Shown: positions 1 to 10,175 of the stretch, piece by piece | Layout of the letters: every line of letters begins with the position of its first letter | Position numbering within the stretch: position 1 is the stretch's first letter | NCBI GenBank assembly: GCA_965261395.1 | Contig: OZ253462.1 | Coordinates: forward strand, 3,712,001-3,776,000 | DNA: 64,000 nucleotides | Source of the DNA: Candidatus Latescibacterota bacterium | GTDB taxonomy: Bacteria; Latescibacterota; UBA2968; UBA8231 | Direction of reading: 5' to 3' | The notes under the pieces: model-generated | The model's input: only the letters and a program-made list of their open reading frames with translations | The model's database searches: none | Told to the model about the DNA's origin: nothing | Position numbers and translations under genes: made by a program

Positions 1-1452
1 GGGCTTGACGAGGCACCGGAGGTAGCGCAGAAGCTGCGCAAGGAAAAGGCCGAACGGGTGTTGCGGCTGTTGTTCGAGCGCGAATTCCTTTCCAAGGTCC
101 GCGTTGATGAGCAGGAGTTGCGGGCGGCCTACGAGGCTGCGGACAAGGAGCGCGAGGTAAAGCTGCGCCTGATCATCGTTGCCACACAGGCCGAAGCCGA
201 GGAGATCCGACAAAGCCTCGCCGACGGGGAGGATTTTACCGCACTGGCGCTCAGCCGGTCGCTGCACCAATCGACGGCACCGCAAGGTGGAGAGCTTGAC
301 GGCTATCTGACCGCCAAGCGCATTCCGATCTACCTGCAAGAATACATAAACGCACTGGCAGTCGGCGAGTACTCCGAGCCGATCAGCTTGCCCAACGGCC
401 AGTTCGGGATCTATCAAGTCATGCACGCTCGGCCCGTGAGTTTTGCCACCGCGAGCAACGCGTTGGAGGCCAAGCTGCGAGAGGAAAAGACGACCGAGCT
501 GATAGAGGCATTCTTGGCGCAACTGCGGACCGACATCGACTTGCAGGCCAACGGCGAGACCTTGCATCAGCTACAGCAATGGGTCGCGGCAGGGCGCAGA
601 GAGTACACTGCGGCCGAACGCTCAGCGGTGCTCTTTGAATTCCGCGACGGTAGTGTCACGGTGGGCGATTTCTGGGATTACGCCGGAGAGTTGGACATGG
701 GCTTTTCGGGCGACATTGCTGAGTCGGTGCGCTGGTTCGCCGAAGACGTATTGCTGCCCCGCACCTTGTTCTTGCATGTGGCCTATGAAAGGGGGATTGA
801 TCGCGAAGAGCAGATTGGGCGCTGGTATCAGCGTCGCCAAGATGCCCTGTTGCTGTTGGCGCTTAGGCAGACGGCGGTCAAGGACCGGGTCGAGATCGAA
901 CCGGAGACGGTCAGAAAACTATACGACGAGCGGCCCGAGTTGTTCACCGCACCGGAGGAGGTCACGTTGCAGGAAATTATGGTGCAAACCCAGGAAGAGG
1001 CCGTCGAAATCAAAGAGCGAATTGGGGCGGGTGAGGATATGGGAGCACTCGCCGATGAATACACCTTGCGAACGGCGGGCAAAGGCGCACAGGGCAAATT
1101 TCACATCCACGCCTCTGAACAGTCCTTTTACCGAGAATTGATCGACGCCGTGGGCAGCGCTGAGGTCGGTCCGTTGTACGGTCCGCTAGCGGTGACGGTG
1201 CAGGCCGCCCAAGTGGCCGGCCCGGAGGCCATGCCGCGCGGCGGCGAGTACTATTCGGTGTTCAAGGTGCTGAAGTCGAATTTCGGCAATGCCCCCGCAC
1301 CCTTCGACACCGCGGCGAAGCGGGCGCGGGCGCTGTTGAAGCGAGCCGAAGAGAGCCGCTTGGCGGATGAGTTTCTGATGGGGCTGCGGCGGGATTATGA
1401 AGACAGGGTCGTCGTTTATGAAGACAACATTAAGACGTTATTGCCCCAATAG
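1..1452 (+). CDS. Parvulin/PrsA-type peptidyl-prolyl isomerase with two rotamase domains (5' end outside window)
   Basis: Frame is open from base 1. Two rotamase-like repeats: LIIVATQAEAEEI..GEDFTALA..S..GGEL and EIMVQTQEEAVEI..GEDMGALA. Confidence 0.8.
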   Translation, partial: GLDEAPEVAQKLRKEKAERVLRLLFEREFLSKVRVDEQELRAAYEAADKEREVKLRLIIVATQAEAEEIRQSLADGEDFTALALSRSLHQSTAPQGGELDGYLTAKRIPIYLQEYINALAVGEYSEPISLPNGQFGIYQVMHARPVSFATASNALEAKLREEKTTELIEAFLAQLRTDIDLQANGETLHQLQQWVAAGRREYTAAERSAVLFEFRDGSVTVGDFWDYAGELDMGFSGDIAESVRWFAEDVLLPRTLFLHVAYERGIDREEQIGRWYQRRQDALLLLALRQTAVKDRVEIEPETVRKLYDERPELFTAPEEVTLQEIMVQTQEEAVEIKERIGAGEDMGALADEYTLRTAGKGAQGKFHIHASEQSFYRELIDAVGSAEVGPLYGPLAVTVQAAQVAGPEAMPRGGEYYSVFKVLKSNFGNAPAPFDTAAKRARALLKRAEESRLADEFLMGLRRDYEDRVVVYEDNIKTLLPQ

Positions 1453-1492
1453 CCGGAGCTGTGTACGTTAGTGAAATCAAAGGAGAATTGCC

Positions 1493-2059
1493 ATGACAGA
1501 TAATATATCTTTCGACGATTTCGTAAACCAACAGATAGCCAAGGAAGAACCATCAATCGACTGGATCCAAAGACGCGATGACTGGAAGAAGCATCTCGAT
1601 GAATTCTACCAGCTAGCCCAAAAGTTTCTGCGGAAATACATTGCTCAAGAGAAGGTCCGTATTACGTGGACTACAAAGCAGATCACTGAGGAACACATCG
1701 GTAGTTATGATGTAAGATCTCTTGAGATACAGATTGGTACCATCAAAGTTCGCTTCGATCCCATCGGTACACTAGTTCTCGGTGTCAAAGGGCGTGTGGA
1801 CATGCGTCGTGTGGACATGCGTCATGTGGATATGCACGGGCCACATGGTACGGTCAAGTTTGTTCTTGTCCCGAAAACAGATTCTTCCCCTACGATCCGC
1901 GTCATCGTTCGAGATTCATCTAGTGAAACAAAGGATGAACCGGAATCTGTTGTGGAGGAGTGGGCATGGAAAATACTTACGCCACCTCCGAACATCAAAT
2001 ACATCGAACTTGAAGAGGAGTCCTTTCTTTCCGCAATAATGGAAGTGGCGAATGCCTAG
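1493..2059 (+). CDS. Hypothetical protein (188 aa), first gene of a two-gene module with a HEPN protein
   Basis: AGGAG RBS upstream; AT-richer coding; the stop overlaps the next ATG (ATGCCTAG). Confidence 0.75.
   Translation: MTDNISFDDFVNQQIAKEEPSIDWIQRRDDWKKHLDEFYQLAQKFLRKYIAQEKVRITWTTKQITEEHIGSYDVRSLEIQIGTIKVRFDPIGTLVLGVKGRVDMRRVDMRHVDMHGPHGTVKFVLVPKTDSSPTIRVIVRDSSSETKDEPESVVEEWAWKILTPPPNIKYIELEEESFLSAIMEVANA
1793..1837 (+). repeat. 15-bp x3 in-frame tandem repeat (RVDMR-RVDMR-HVDMH)
   Basis: CGTGTGGACATGCGT CGTGTGGACATGCGT CATGTGGATATGCAC. Confidence 0.9.
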
Positions 2060-2361
2060 TGCTCGGAGAGTCACGTTTTCTGGAGAACATCTCCCACTCG
2101 TCGAGATTGCCCAATATTCCCAATATTATAGTGACATAGAAGCATCCGTAAGGAACTACTTTTCCTTTAACAACCCTTATCTAAATAATCGTTTCGTCGG
2201 TTATACGCCACTAGATATAGAACTTGAGATGACCTCCGTTCTTGTAGAACATGCACGGAGTACATCTATGAGTATCTTAGCCGCGTTAGAAGCAGCTTTC
2301 CGTATAGACTTTTTGCAGCGTTGCTATAAAAAACAAAAAGACCCTCTATCAAGGTCCTTTA

Positions 2362-3447
2362 TTGACCTCTGCATTTTTAAAGGAATAGTTTATATTCATT
2401 TATATGAGACCTAAAGGTAGTGCCGATCGGCTGGAATATCGTCGTCAATGGGCGGCTCAGTTGCTTGATGCCGGCAAAGGCGTCAACGAAGTAGCTCGTC
2501 TGGTCCAAGTCTCCCCTTCCTCGGTGTCTCGTTGGAAGTCGATGAAAGCGCAAGCCGGCGAGGCGGGACTCAAAGCCAAACCGCATCCGGGTCGGGGCTG
2601 TCAGTTGAGTCCCCAAGACAAGGATCAGTTGAAACAGCTTCTACTCCAAGGTCCCCAGGCGGCTGGCTTTGATAGCGCGCTGTGGACCTGTCGGCGTGTC
2701 GCGCAGGTGATGGCCCAAACGTTTGGGGTGTCCTATCATCCCGATCACGTGGGTCGTCTGCTGCATGGGTTGGGTTTTTCATGCCAGTATCCCCAGCACC
2801 GGGCGCGCGAACGGGAGGAGGAGGCCATCCGCCAATGGCGCTTAGTGGAGTGGCCGCGGATTAAAAAAAAGCCCGGCACCAGGGGGCGACCATCGCCTTG
2901 ATGGATCAGAGCGGCTTCATGCTGCAACCCACCCGTCGTAGGACGTGGGCTTTGTCGGGTCACACGCCCATACACAAGGTGTGGGATCGCCACGATCGCT
3001 TGTCGGTTCAGGCCGCCGTTACCTTGCCGCCTCGGCGCCAGCGGTTGGGCGTTTATTTCCGAATGTATGAGCATAATATCGACCGGCAGGATGTGGTATC
3101 CTTTGTCGGTCATCTGCTGCGTATGATACGACGCAAGGTCGTGCTCATTTTGGATCGGTGGAGTGTCCATCGCGCCGCGGTGGCGGTATTGCACAAAAGG
3201 TATCCGGATCGACTCACCATCGAATGGTTGCCCGCCTATGCACCCGAATTGAATCCGGCTGAACAGGTCTGGAATCATACTAAGTATGGCGATCTAGCCA
3301 ACTTCATTCCAGACCACATCGACGACGTAGCAGATGCGGTCTGCATGTCAATCACCGCCCAGCATCACGATAACGACCTGATTCGAGGCTTCTTCAAGTA
3401 TGCACAACTTAAACTGTAAAACATTCCTTTATATTTGCAGGACTCAA
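2362..3447 (+). mobile_element. IS630-family insertion sequence
   Basis: TA duplication at 2360-2361 and 3448-3449. Imperfect IRs: TTGACCTCTGCATTTTTAAAGGAAT vs reverse complement of the right end TTGAGTCCTGCAAATATAAAGGAAT. Confidence 0.93.
2404..3419 (+). CDS. IS630 transposase, OrfA (HTH, 2404-2901) plus OrfB (DDE, 2898-3419), probably joined by -1 frameshift
   Basis: HTH/WT motif in OrfA. A8 slippery run at 2863-2870. OrfB has DQSG, LILDRWSVH and WLPAYAPELNPAEQVW. Confidence 0.9.
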
Positions 3448-3781
3448 TAGAACATTATATCAGAAATATCAGAATAAGGGGCAACATGTGCCGCTAGGGG
3501 ATATTTTTTTGCAGTGGAAATCTCATTCGACCGTTCGCCGATCTATCATTTCAGACTTAGAGCAAGCCTTCAAATATAGACATTGGCTTGCACATGGCCG
3601 GTACTGGACGCTAAAAATTGGTCGAGAGTATGACTATGACGATATCTATACGCTTGCTGAGTCGATATATAACTCATTTCCGTTTGAAGAATGACCGGCA
3701 GTGCTTACGCGGTTGTTCGATGGACAAGGGTAATGGGTTTCCAGAAAAAGCACTCTCATCCGTTTCTGAGGAGGACAAATC

Positions 3782-4933
3782 GTGAAAATCACCGATGTCG
3801 AAGTTATTCATTTTCGCACCAAACACCGCGGCCGCAGTGCTGGCTCGCGCTGGGGCTATGGCGTGTGGATTGACGACGAGGAAGTGGAAGGCACTGGTGC
3901 GATCACCAGAATTTCCACCGACGAAGGCGTCACAGGGCACATGCTGGGCGGCAGCAAGGCGACGATGGAAGGTGCCATCAAAAACCTGCTAGTCGGCGAG
4001 GATCCCCTCAACCGCGAGAAGCTATGGCATTGGATGGACCAGATGTCCACGTTTGGCCACAGCCTCGCCGAACACGAACTTGGCATTGTCGATTGCGCGC
4101 TGTGGGATTTGGCGGGGCAAAAAGCCGGCATGCCCGTGTACCAACTCTTGGGCGGCACGCGCGACAAGGTCGAAGCATACGCCAGCACGTACCCGAACTT
4201 GGGTGGTCCTGAGGTGTATGAAGAACTGGCGCAAGAGTGCGTAGCGCGCGGTTATAAAGCCTTCAAAGTACACGCCAACATCTGCTGGAATCCGCACACG
4301 CGGGAGCCTGTGCCGCAACTGCCCGGATTTCCCAAAGAGGATGTGGAGATCTGTCGCGCTGTGCGCGAGGCCGTGGGCGACGATATCGTGCTGATGCTCG
4401 ATCCGTTCGGGGTCTATACTCTGGAGGAATCGCTGTGGGTCGCGCGGGAATTGGAAGAATTGAACTACTACTGGTTGGAACATCCGATGGTCGAGACGCG
4501 GGTGGAGTCGTACCGCCGCTTGACGCAGCAGACTACCATCGCCATTTGTTCCCCCGAACATGTCAAAGGCGGGCCTTTTGCGCGGGCCGAGTGGCTGTTG
4601 CAGGGGGCCTGCGACATGCTGCGCATAGATGTGAATTACGGCGGCATCACCGGCTGCTGGAAACTCATCAACTTGTGCCAGCTCTACGGCGTGCAATGCG
4701 AACTGCACGGGGTTGGTGCCCCGCATGTGCATTTGGCCGCGGCTACCCCAGAAGCCACCTGCCGCTATTACGAGCGCGGCCTCCTGCGGCTCGGGCGCGA
4801 TTACGACGAGAGCCCACCGCATCTCGATCAGATTGCCGATCCCATGGACGGCGAAGGGTGCGTACACGTATCACAGGAACCAGGGCTGGGCATGGCCTAT
4901 AACTGGGATTATATCGATGACAACCGGATTTGA
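3782..4933 (+). CDS. Mandelate racemase/muconate lactonising enzyme (enolase superfamily)
   Basis: VDCALWDLAGQKAGMPVYQLLGG, KAFKVH, LMLDP, WLEHP, GGITG and ELH motifs; GGAGGA RBS. Confidence 0.9.
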   Translation: MKITDVEVIHFRTKHRGRSAGSRWGYGVWIDDEEVEGTGAITRISTDEGVTGHMLGGSKATMEGAIKNLLVGEDPLNREKLWHWMDQMSTFGHSLAEHELGIVDCALWDLAGQKAGMPVYQLLGGTRDKVEAYASTYPNLGGPEVYEELAQECVARGYKAFKVHANICWNPHTREPVPQLPGFPKEDVEICRAVREAVGDDIVLMLDPFGVYTLEESLWVARELEELNYYWLEHPMVETRVESYRRLTQQTTIAICSPEHVKGGPFARAEWLLQGACDMLRIDVNYGGITGCWKLINLCQLYGVQCELHGVGAPHVHLAAATPEATCRYYERGLLRLGRDYDESPPHLDQIADPMDGEGCVHVSQEPGLGMAYNWDYIDDNRI

Positions 4934-4949
4934 TCGGAGGAACCGACAT

Positions 4950-6047
4950 ATGCAAAGAAGCTGCAGCGCGATCCTAACCGTTGGCGTGCTGTGGGCACTG
5001 TCCGCCGCCGCACTGGAACGGCCGGATACCATCTTCAAAATTTTTCAGTTCCCCGCCGATCAGATCCCCCGCGTCGATGGGGATGTATCCGACTGGGGCA
5101 TGGTTCCTGCTGACTACGCCATCGGCATCGATCAGTTGAAAGACACCGTCCACCACAGCCCGATCGATACCACCGATCTAGACGTCACCGTGCGCGTTGG
5201 CTGGGTTAAGGGGCTAAACCGACTCTACTTCCTCTACGAAGCCTATGACGACTACTGGGATTTCAGCCACCGCGATCTGCACAACGACATTTTGGAGATC
5301 GTCGTCGATGGCGATTTGTCCGGCGGTCCTTTGATCCCCCAACTGCGCGAGGACAAGGACACCAACGGGCTGGAGGGCCTCGACGGCCACTTCAAATTCC
5401 ACGGCGTCCACGCCCAGAACTACCACGTCCTGACCCCGGCCGACGGCAAGCCCTGGACTATGGTCTGGGGTGCCAATCAGTGGATCTACGAGCTGCCTTG
5501 GGCCAATGCGGCGGCGCGCTACGATTTTGCGCCGGGCGACAGCGGGCACTACGCGCTCGAATTCTGGATCACCCCTTTCGACTACGCCCCGGCCGACGGG
5601 CCGGAGCGCGCCGTGGAGTCGAAGCTCGAAGAGGACGCCTTGATCGGCCTGACTTGGTGCATCCTCGACTACGATGATGTCGAGGTCAAACAGCAGGAGT
5701 TCGAGGGCTTTTGGAACCTATCCCACAAGACGACCATGTTCGGCAACGCCTCCGAACTGGTCGGCTTCCGGCTGATGCCGCTGGAAAAAGCCTTTCGCGA
5801 CCCGGTCGAAGCGCAATGGGCATTTACCGTCCTCGATATGGAACGCCGCTTGGTCGCTTTCAAGGATTTGTCCTACGGGGATATCCGCTCATGGCGCTGG
5901 GATTTCGGCGACGGCAACACCTCGACCGAGCAACACCCCATCCACCAGTACGCAGAGCCTGGGACGACCTATACAGTCACGCTCTACGTCGAAGGCCCCG
6001 AGGGGAAGGCGCGGATGTCGAAGGTGTGGGACGTGATCGTCCGCTAA
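4950..6047 (+). CDS. Secreted protein with CBM9/DOMON-like domain and C-terminal PKD domain
   Basis: GGAGG RBS then ATG 4950; signal peptide; PRVDGDVSDW; PKD motif WRWDFGDG..STEQHPIHQY..PG.YTVTL. Confidence 0.8.
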   Translation: MQRSCSAILTVGVLWALSAAALERPDTIFKIFQFPADQIPRVDGDVSDWGMVPADYAIGIDQLKDTVHHSPIDTTDLDVTVRVGWVKGLNRLYFLYEAYDDYWDFSHRDLHNDILEIVVDGDLSGGPLIPQLREDKDTNGLEGLDGHFKFHGVHAQNYHVLTPADGKPWTMVWGANQWIYELPWANAAARYDFAPGDSGHYALEFWITPFDYAPADGPERAVESKLEEDALIGLTWCILDYDDVEVKQQEFEGFWNLSHKTTMFGNASELVGFRLMPLEKAFRDPVEAQWAFTVLDMERRLVAFKDLSYGDIRSWRWDFGDGNTSTEQHPIHQYAEPGTTYTVTLYVEGPEGKARMSKVWDVIVR

Positions 6048-6068
6048 AACGGTCGAACTGAGAGTCCT

Positions 6069-7775
6069 ATGAGGCGACTCTGGCATTGGGGGTGGGCGGC
6101 TGCGGGCATTGGGGCGCTGGCGCTGAGCCTGCGGATGGTGCATGCGTTCCAGATGTCGGCTAGTCCTCTTTTTACTATGCCGGCGGTGGACGCGGCCACC
6201 TACGCCGAACAAGCTGCCAGCCTAGCCGCGGGCAACTGGTTGGGACGCGGCCAAGGCCCGTTTTGGCAACCCCCGCTCTATCCTTATTTCCTCGGCGTAA
6301 TCAAGCTCGTATTCCCAGAATCCTTTTACCACGCATCCCGCTTTGCGCAGGCGCTAATCGGCAGCCTTAGCTGTGTGTTGCTGTACCCGATTGGACAGCG
6401 ACTTTTTGGGTCAGGCGTCGGTTTTATCGGCGGCCTCATTGCGGCGGTGTACGGGCCGCTGATCTATTTTGACGCTCGGCTTTTGCCGGCTAGTCTTGCC
6501 ACTCTTTTGACCCTTGTAAGTATCCTGCTGTTGATGCGCGCGGTCGAGCGGCCGACGAGGCTCATTTTTATAGCCGCGGGTTTTGCGCTGGGCTTGGCAT
6601 CTCTTACCGCGGCGATCCTCGCGCCCTTGATCCCGGGCGTGGCCATCTGGCTGGTCTATTGGTTGCGGAAAAAGGCCGGGCTGGCAGTCGTTGCTTTTCT
6701 GCTGGGGGCGGTGCTGGCGATTGCGCCGGTGACACTGAGAAATTACACCATCGGCGGGGATATCGTGCCGATCTCCTATAACGGGGGAGTGAATTTCTAC
6801 CTAGGGAACAACGCAGACGCCGCGCAGACGCTTGCTTTGCGCCCGGGATGGGAATGGGAGGAATTGGTTGCCCTGCCGCTGCGGGAAGGGATCACCCGCC
6901 CTTCCGCCAAGTCCCAGTTCTTTTACATGCAGGCTCTTGAGTACATGCAGAATGCGCCTCTCGATTACATGGGATTGTTGGCCACAAAAATAGCCCAGTT
7001 CTGGCGCGGCGATGAAATAGAGCGCAATCAGGAAATGTACTATTGGCGCAAGTATTCAAGTGTGCTCGCGGGTACATTGTGGAAGTGGGGGCTGGGTTTT
7101 CCCTTTGGCTTGGTAAGCCCCCTCGCGCTGTTGGGTTTGCTGGTGTACATCCGGCGGCAGGGCATTGCACCGCCGGTGCTTTTCGTCCTCGGCTATAGCT
7201 TCGCGGTCATCTCCTTTTTTGTCGCGGCGCGTTATCGCCTGCCGATTGTTCCACTGCTGATTCTGTTCGCCACGTATGGGGGAAGCTGGCTGTATGCGAG
7301 ATGGCGGCAACAATCCTTGCGCCAAGCGCTTTTGCCGACGGCCTGTCTCGCCCTCTTGGTGCTGTTGGTGAATTGGGATCTGCCAGCGATGGATGAGCGG
7401 GGCAAGGCCGCCACGCACAACGATTTGGGCAACGCCTATCTGCAACAAGGCCGCTACGAGCTGGCGCTGCTGAAATACGAACAGGCCACGCGGCTCGATT
7501 CGACGTATTGGCAGGCTTGGTTCAACCTCGGCTCACTGCGGGCGCTGCGCGGCGATTTGCGCGGTGCGCTACCCATCCTCTTGAACGTGTTGGAGCACGA
7601 GCGGGAACGCGCTGACGTGTGGAGCAATGTGGCTGGCGTCTATGTGGGGTTGGGGCAATATCAGCAGGCGGTCGAGGTCCTCGAACAGGCTGTGGTGGAG
7701 GCACCGCGTGAGGATATACATGCGGCGTTGGAGAGTGTGAACGCAATGATGGGACGACCACGAGGGACCAAGTGA
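6069..7775 (+). CDS. GT-C fold (PMT/ArnT-like) membrane glycosyltransferase with C-terminal TPRs
   Basis: VDAATY, PFWQPPLYPYFL, NGGVNFYLGNN and RYRLP motifs; many TM helices; TPRs such as HNDLGNAY and AWFNLG. Confidence 0.85.
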   Translation: MRRLWHWGWAAAGIGALALSLRMVHAFQMSASPLFTMPAVDAATYAEQAASLAAGNWLGRGQGPFWQPPLYPYFLGVIKLVFPESFYHASRFAQALIGSLSCVLLYPIGQRLFGSGVGFIGGLIAAVYGPLIYFDARLLPASLATLLTLVSILLLMRAVERPTRLIFIAAGFALGLASLTAAILAPLIPGVAIWLVYWLRKKAGLAVVAFLLGAVLAIAPVTLRNYTIGGDIVPISYNGGVNFYLGNNADAAQTLALRPGWEWEELVALPLREGITRPSAKSQFFYMQALEYMQNAPLDYMGLLATKIAQFWRGDEIERNQEMYYWRKYSSVLAGTLWKWGLGFPFGLVSPLALLGLLVYIRRQGIAPPVLFVLGYSFAVISFFVAARYRLPIVPLLILFATYGGSWLYARWRQQSLRQALLPTACLALLVLLVNWDLPAMDERGKAATHNDLGNAYLQQGRYELALLKYEQATRLDSTYWQAWFNLGSLRALRGDLRGALPILLNVLEHERERADVWSNVAGVYVGLGQYQQAVEVLEQAVVEAPREDIHAALESVNAMMGRPRGTK

Positions 7776-9757
7776 CGACTAGAGTCTGGTTTTTGCGCTT
7801 GGCGGCCTTGGGGGTCGGCGTGGCTTTGGTGGTGGGGGCCGAGGGTTTGCTGCGGCTCGTGCCGGGATTGGGGCCAGCGCCGTTGGTTGTGACCTTGGTC
7901 GAAGACGAGGCGACCGGCGAATCGCTGCACGCGACGAGTCGGTTTTATGCGCAGCGATTTTTCGCGCAATACAAGGGCCGGCTGGCCGCGGCAGGGCAGA
8001 TGGGCGAGCACTTCTTTGTGGAACCCGCGCCGGCCAATCGCTATCGAGTTGTGTTTGTCGGTGCTTCCACTGTGCAGGGTTTCCCCCATCCGCGTCGTTT
8101 GGCGGCGGCGTCCTTTTTGCAGGCGATGCTGGCGGATGCGTGGCCGGAGCGGGAAGTGGAGGTCGTCAATTTGGGCATCACGTCCATTGCTAGCTTTGCG
8201 GTGGCTCAGGTGGTGGAAGATGCGTTGATGCTATCACCGGATCTGGTCGTCGTCTATACCGGGCACAACGAATTCTACGGGTTGTACGGAGCCGGGCGGC
8301 ACCAGCGGCTACAGTACTTTTTGCGACAACTGCGTTTGACACATCTGGTGGATGGGTTGCTGGGGGGTATTGGGGCCAGGGACGAGCCGATGGATTTGAT
8401 AAAAATGGCGGCTGCGCGTGGCGAGGTACCGTTACACGGCCCCGGTCGCGCGACGGCTGAACAGAATTTGCGCGACAACTTGCGGCGCGTGGCCCGGGTC
8501 TGCGCGCGAGCACAGGTGCCGTTGGTGCTGTGTACTATTGTGGCGAATGACGCGGGATTTGCGCCGGTGGGATCGACGGAGGGGGACGAGGGGTGGAAGG
8601 CGCAGGTGGAGCAAGCGGCGCAGGTACTGACGCGGGGATACGTTGCGCCGGATGATGCTGAGGACGCGCTGCAGCAATTAGAGCAAGCGGCGGCTCTTGC
8701 GAGCGAACACGCATGGTTATGGTATTTGCAGGGTCGGGCGTTGGAGCGGTTGGGGCGGGATGCCCAAGCGCAGCGGGCCTTTCGCAAGGCGCGGGATTTG
8801 GACACCATGCCGTGGCGCGCTCCCACGGCGCACAATGCGGTAATTCGCGCAGTCGCTAAAGAGCATGGGGCTGTGTTGGCGGATGTGGAAGCTGCGTTTG
8901 CGGCTGCTGCGCCCGCGCAGGGCGTGGGTTGGGAGTGGATGGTGGATCACGTTCACTGCTCGGTTGCCGGGCAGGCTTTGTTGGCGCGGACTGTTCTCCA
9001 CAGTGTCGCCGCATTGCAGGACATTGATTTGGGGCTGCTGCGAAGTGCGGAGGCGTATCGGAGCGCGTTAGGCGATCTACCGGTGGAGCGCGTGGTGGCG
9101 TACAACAAGATGGGGGCGATGCTCGCGCAAGCGCCCTTGCACCAACACAATGGGCACAATGCGCGCTATCTAAAGCAACTGGCGGCCATGGAGGGGCAGC
9201 GGCTGTCGCTAGGGGAACGGCGTGGCGTCGAGCAGTGGATCGAGCAGGGGTGGCAGGGTCCGTTGGTGCTGGCGGTGGCGGATCAGCTTTTCACCGAGCG
9301 GGATTTTGCGCGAGCGCAGGTTCACTATGCGGCTGCGCGTCGCGAGGTGCCGTTTACGCGCCGCGGGTTGTGGGCGGCGGTGCAGTGGGCGTGGTGCATC
9401 AAGATGCAGGGGATGGCACTTACCGACGGGCAGCGGGACGAGGTGCGGGCCGCGCTGAAACAGGCGGGGTTTCTCGCGCACGATCCGGCCGTGGGCGCGT
9501 CCTTCGTCGATTTTGTCAAGGGCCAGCTCTACCATCTGCTCGCAGAACACGATCCGGCCTTGGTGCATTTGGAGCGCGCTTTTTTGGACGAGGATTTTCG
9601 CCGCCGCTATGCGTTGAGTTTGTTTCAGGCGTTGGCGTCCGAATTGGTTTGGACTGGGCGGGTGGAGGATGCGCGGGAATACGCTCGCTTGGTGGGCGGG
9701 GAGGTTGGACAGGAGGCGCATTTTTTGCGAATCGTGGAAGACCAACTGAGGCCGTAG
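7772..9757 (+). CDS. SGNH/GDSL-like hydrolase with TPR repeats and N-terminal membrane anchor
   Basis: VGASTVQGFP, VVNLG, YTGHNEFYG and DHVH blocks; TPR WYLQGRALERLG. Confidence 0.8.
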   Translation: MTTRVWFLRLAALGVGVALVVGAEGLLRLVPGLGPAPLVVTLVEDEATGESLHATSRFYAQRFFAQYKGRLAAAGQMGEHFFVEPAPANRYRVVFVGASTVQGFPHPRRLAAASFLQAMLADAWPEREVEVVNLGITSIASFAVAQVVEDALMLSPDLVVVYTGHNEFYGLYGAGRHQRLQYFLRQLRLTHLVDGLLGGIGARDEPMDLIKMAAARGEVPLHGPGRATAEQNLRDNLRRVARVCARAQVPLVLCTIVANDAGFAPVGSTEGDEGWKAQVEQAAQVLTRGYVAPDDAEDALQQLEQAAALASEHAWLWYLQGRALERLGRDAQAQRAFRKARDLDTMPWRAPTAHNAVIRAVAKEHGAVLADVEAAFAAAAPAQGVGWEWMVDHVHCSVAGQALLARTVLHSVAALQDIDLGLLRSAEAYRSALGDLPVERVVAYNKMGAMLAQAPLHQHNGHNARYLKQLAAMEGQRLSLGERRGVEQWIEQGWQGPLVLAVADQLFTERDFARAQVHYAAARREVPFTRRGLWAAVQWAWCIKMQGMALTDGQRDEVRAALKQAGFLAHDPAVGASFVDFVKGQLYHLLAEHDPALVHLERAFLDEDFRRRYALSLFQALASELVWTGRVEDAREYARLVGGEVGQEAHFLRIVEDQLRP

Positions 9758-9839
9758 GGAAGTCTCGCGGCGCTTGAGCGGAAGCCGCCTGTTGGTGGTT
9801 TTTAGTCCTTCGTTTATATTTCCGCTGAGGAAACTAACC

Positions 9840-10175
9840 ATGAGCGAAAGTACCGACCCCCAAACCCGTGCGACCCCCAAACTTCAAGACCTACGTCAAG
9901 ATCTGCGTACCCGATTAGGGGCCGTCAACAACAGCATTGACGAGCTCCACCGCTCGTTGGACGACCTTATAAATGAGACCAATAATCGCATTAACGAGCT
10001 CCACCGCTCGTTGGGCGATCGTATAAATGAGACCAATGACCGCATTGACGAGCTCCACCGCTCGTTGAGCGAACAGATTCGCGCGCTCCACAAGCGCATG
10101 GACACCTATTTCCTTTGGATGATGGGCACATTGGTGGCCATGACCGGCGTCCTCATCGCCGTCATCAAGCTCTGA
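9840..10175 (+). CDS. Repeat coiled-coil protein with C-terminal TM anchor (DUF1640/Bdr-like)
   Basis: GAGG RBS then ATG 9840; 18-aa repeats; tail WMMGTLVAMTGVLIAVIKL. Confidence 0.75.
   Translation: MSESTDPQTRATPKLQDLRQDLRTRLGAVNNSIDELHRSLDDLINETNNRINELHRSLGDRINETNDRIDELHRSLSEQIRALHKRMDTYFLWMMGTLVAMTGVLIAVIKL
9935..10072 (+). repeat. 54-bp tandem repeat, about 2.5 copies
   Basis: CATTRACGAGCTCCACCGCTCGTTG recurs at 9935, 9989 and 10043. Confidence 0.9.

Larger units (their letters stand above)
2052..3694 (+). pseudogene. HEPN-domain protein (184 aa when reconstructed) interrupted by IS630
   Basis: Joining 2052-2361 to 3450-3694 restores one frame: ..DPLSRSF-RTLYQKYQNKGQHVPLG..AFKYRHWLAHGRYW, with the RxxxxH motif RHWLAH. 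Confidence 0.8.

Noticed and set aside
9935-10072. CRISPR-like repeat/spacer pattern
   Set aside because: The intervening segments are themselves near-identical, the unit is an in-frame 54-bp coding repeat, and no cas genes are present.
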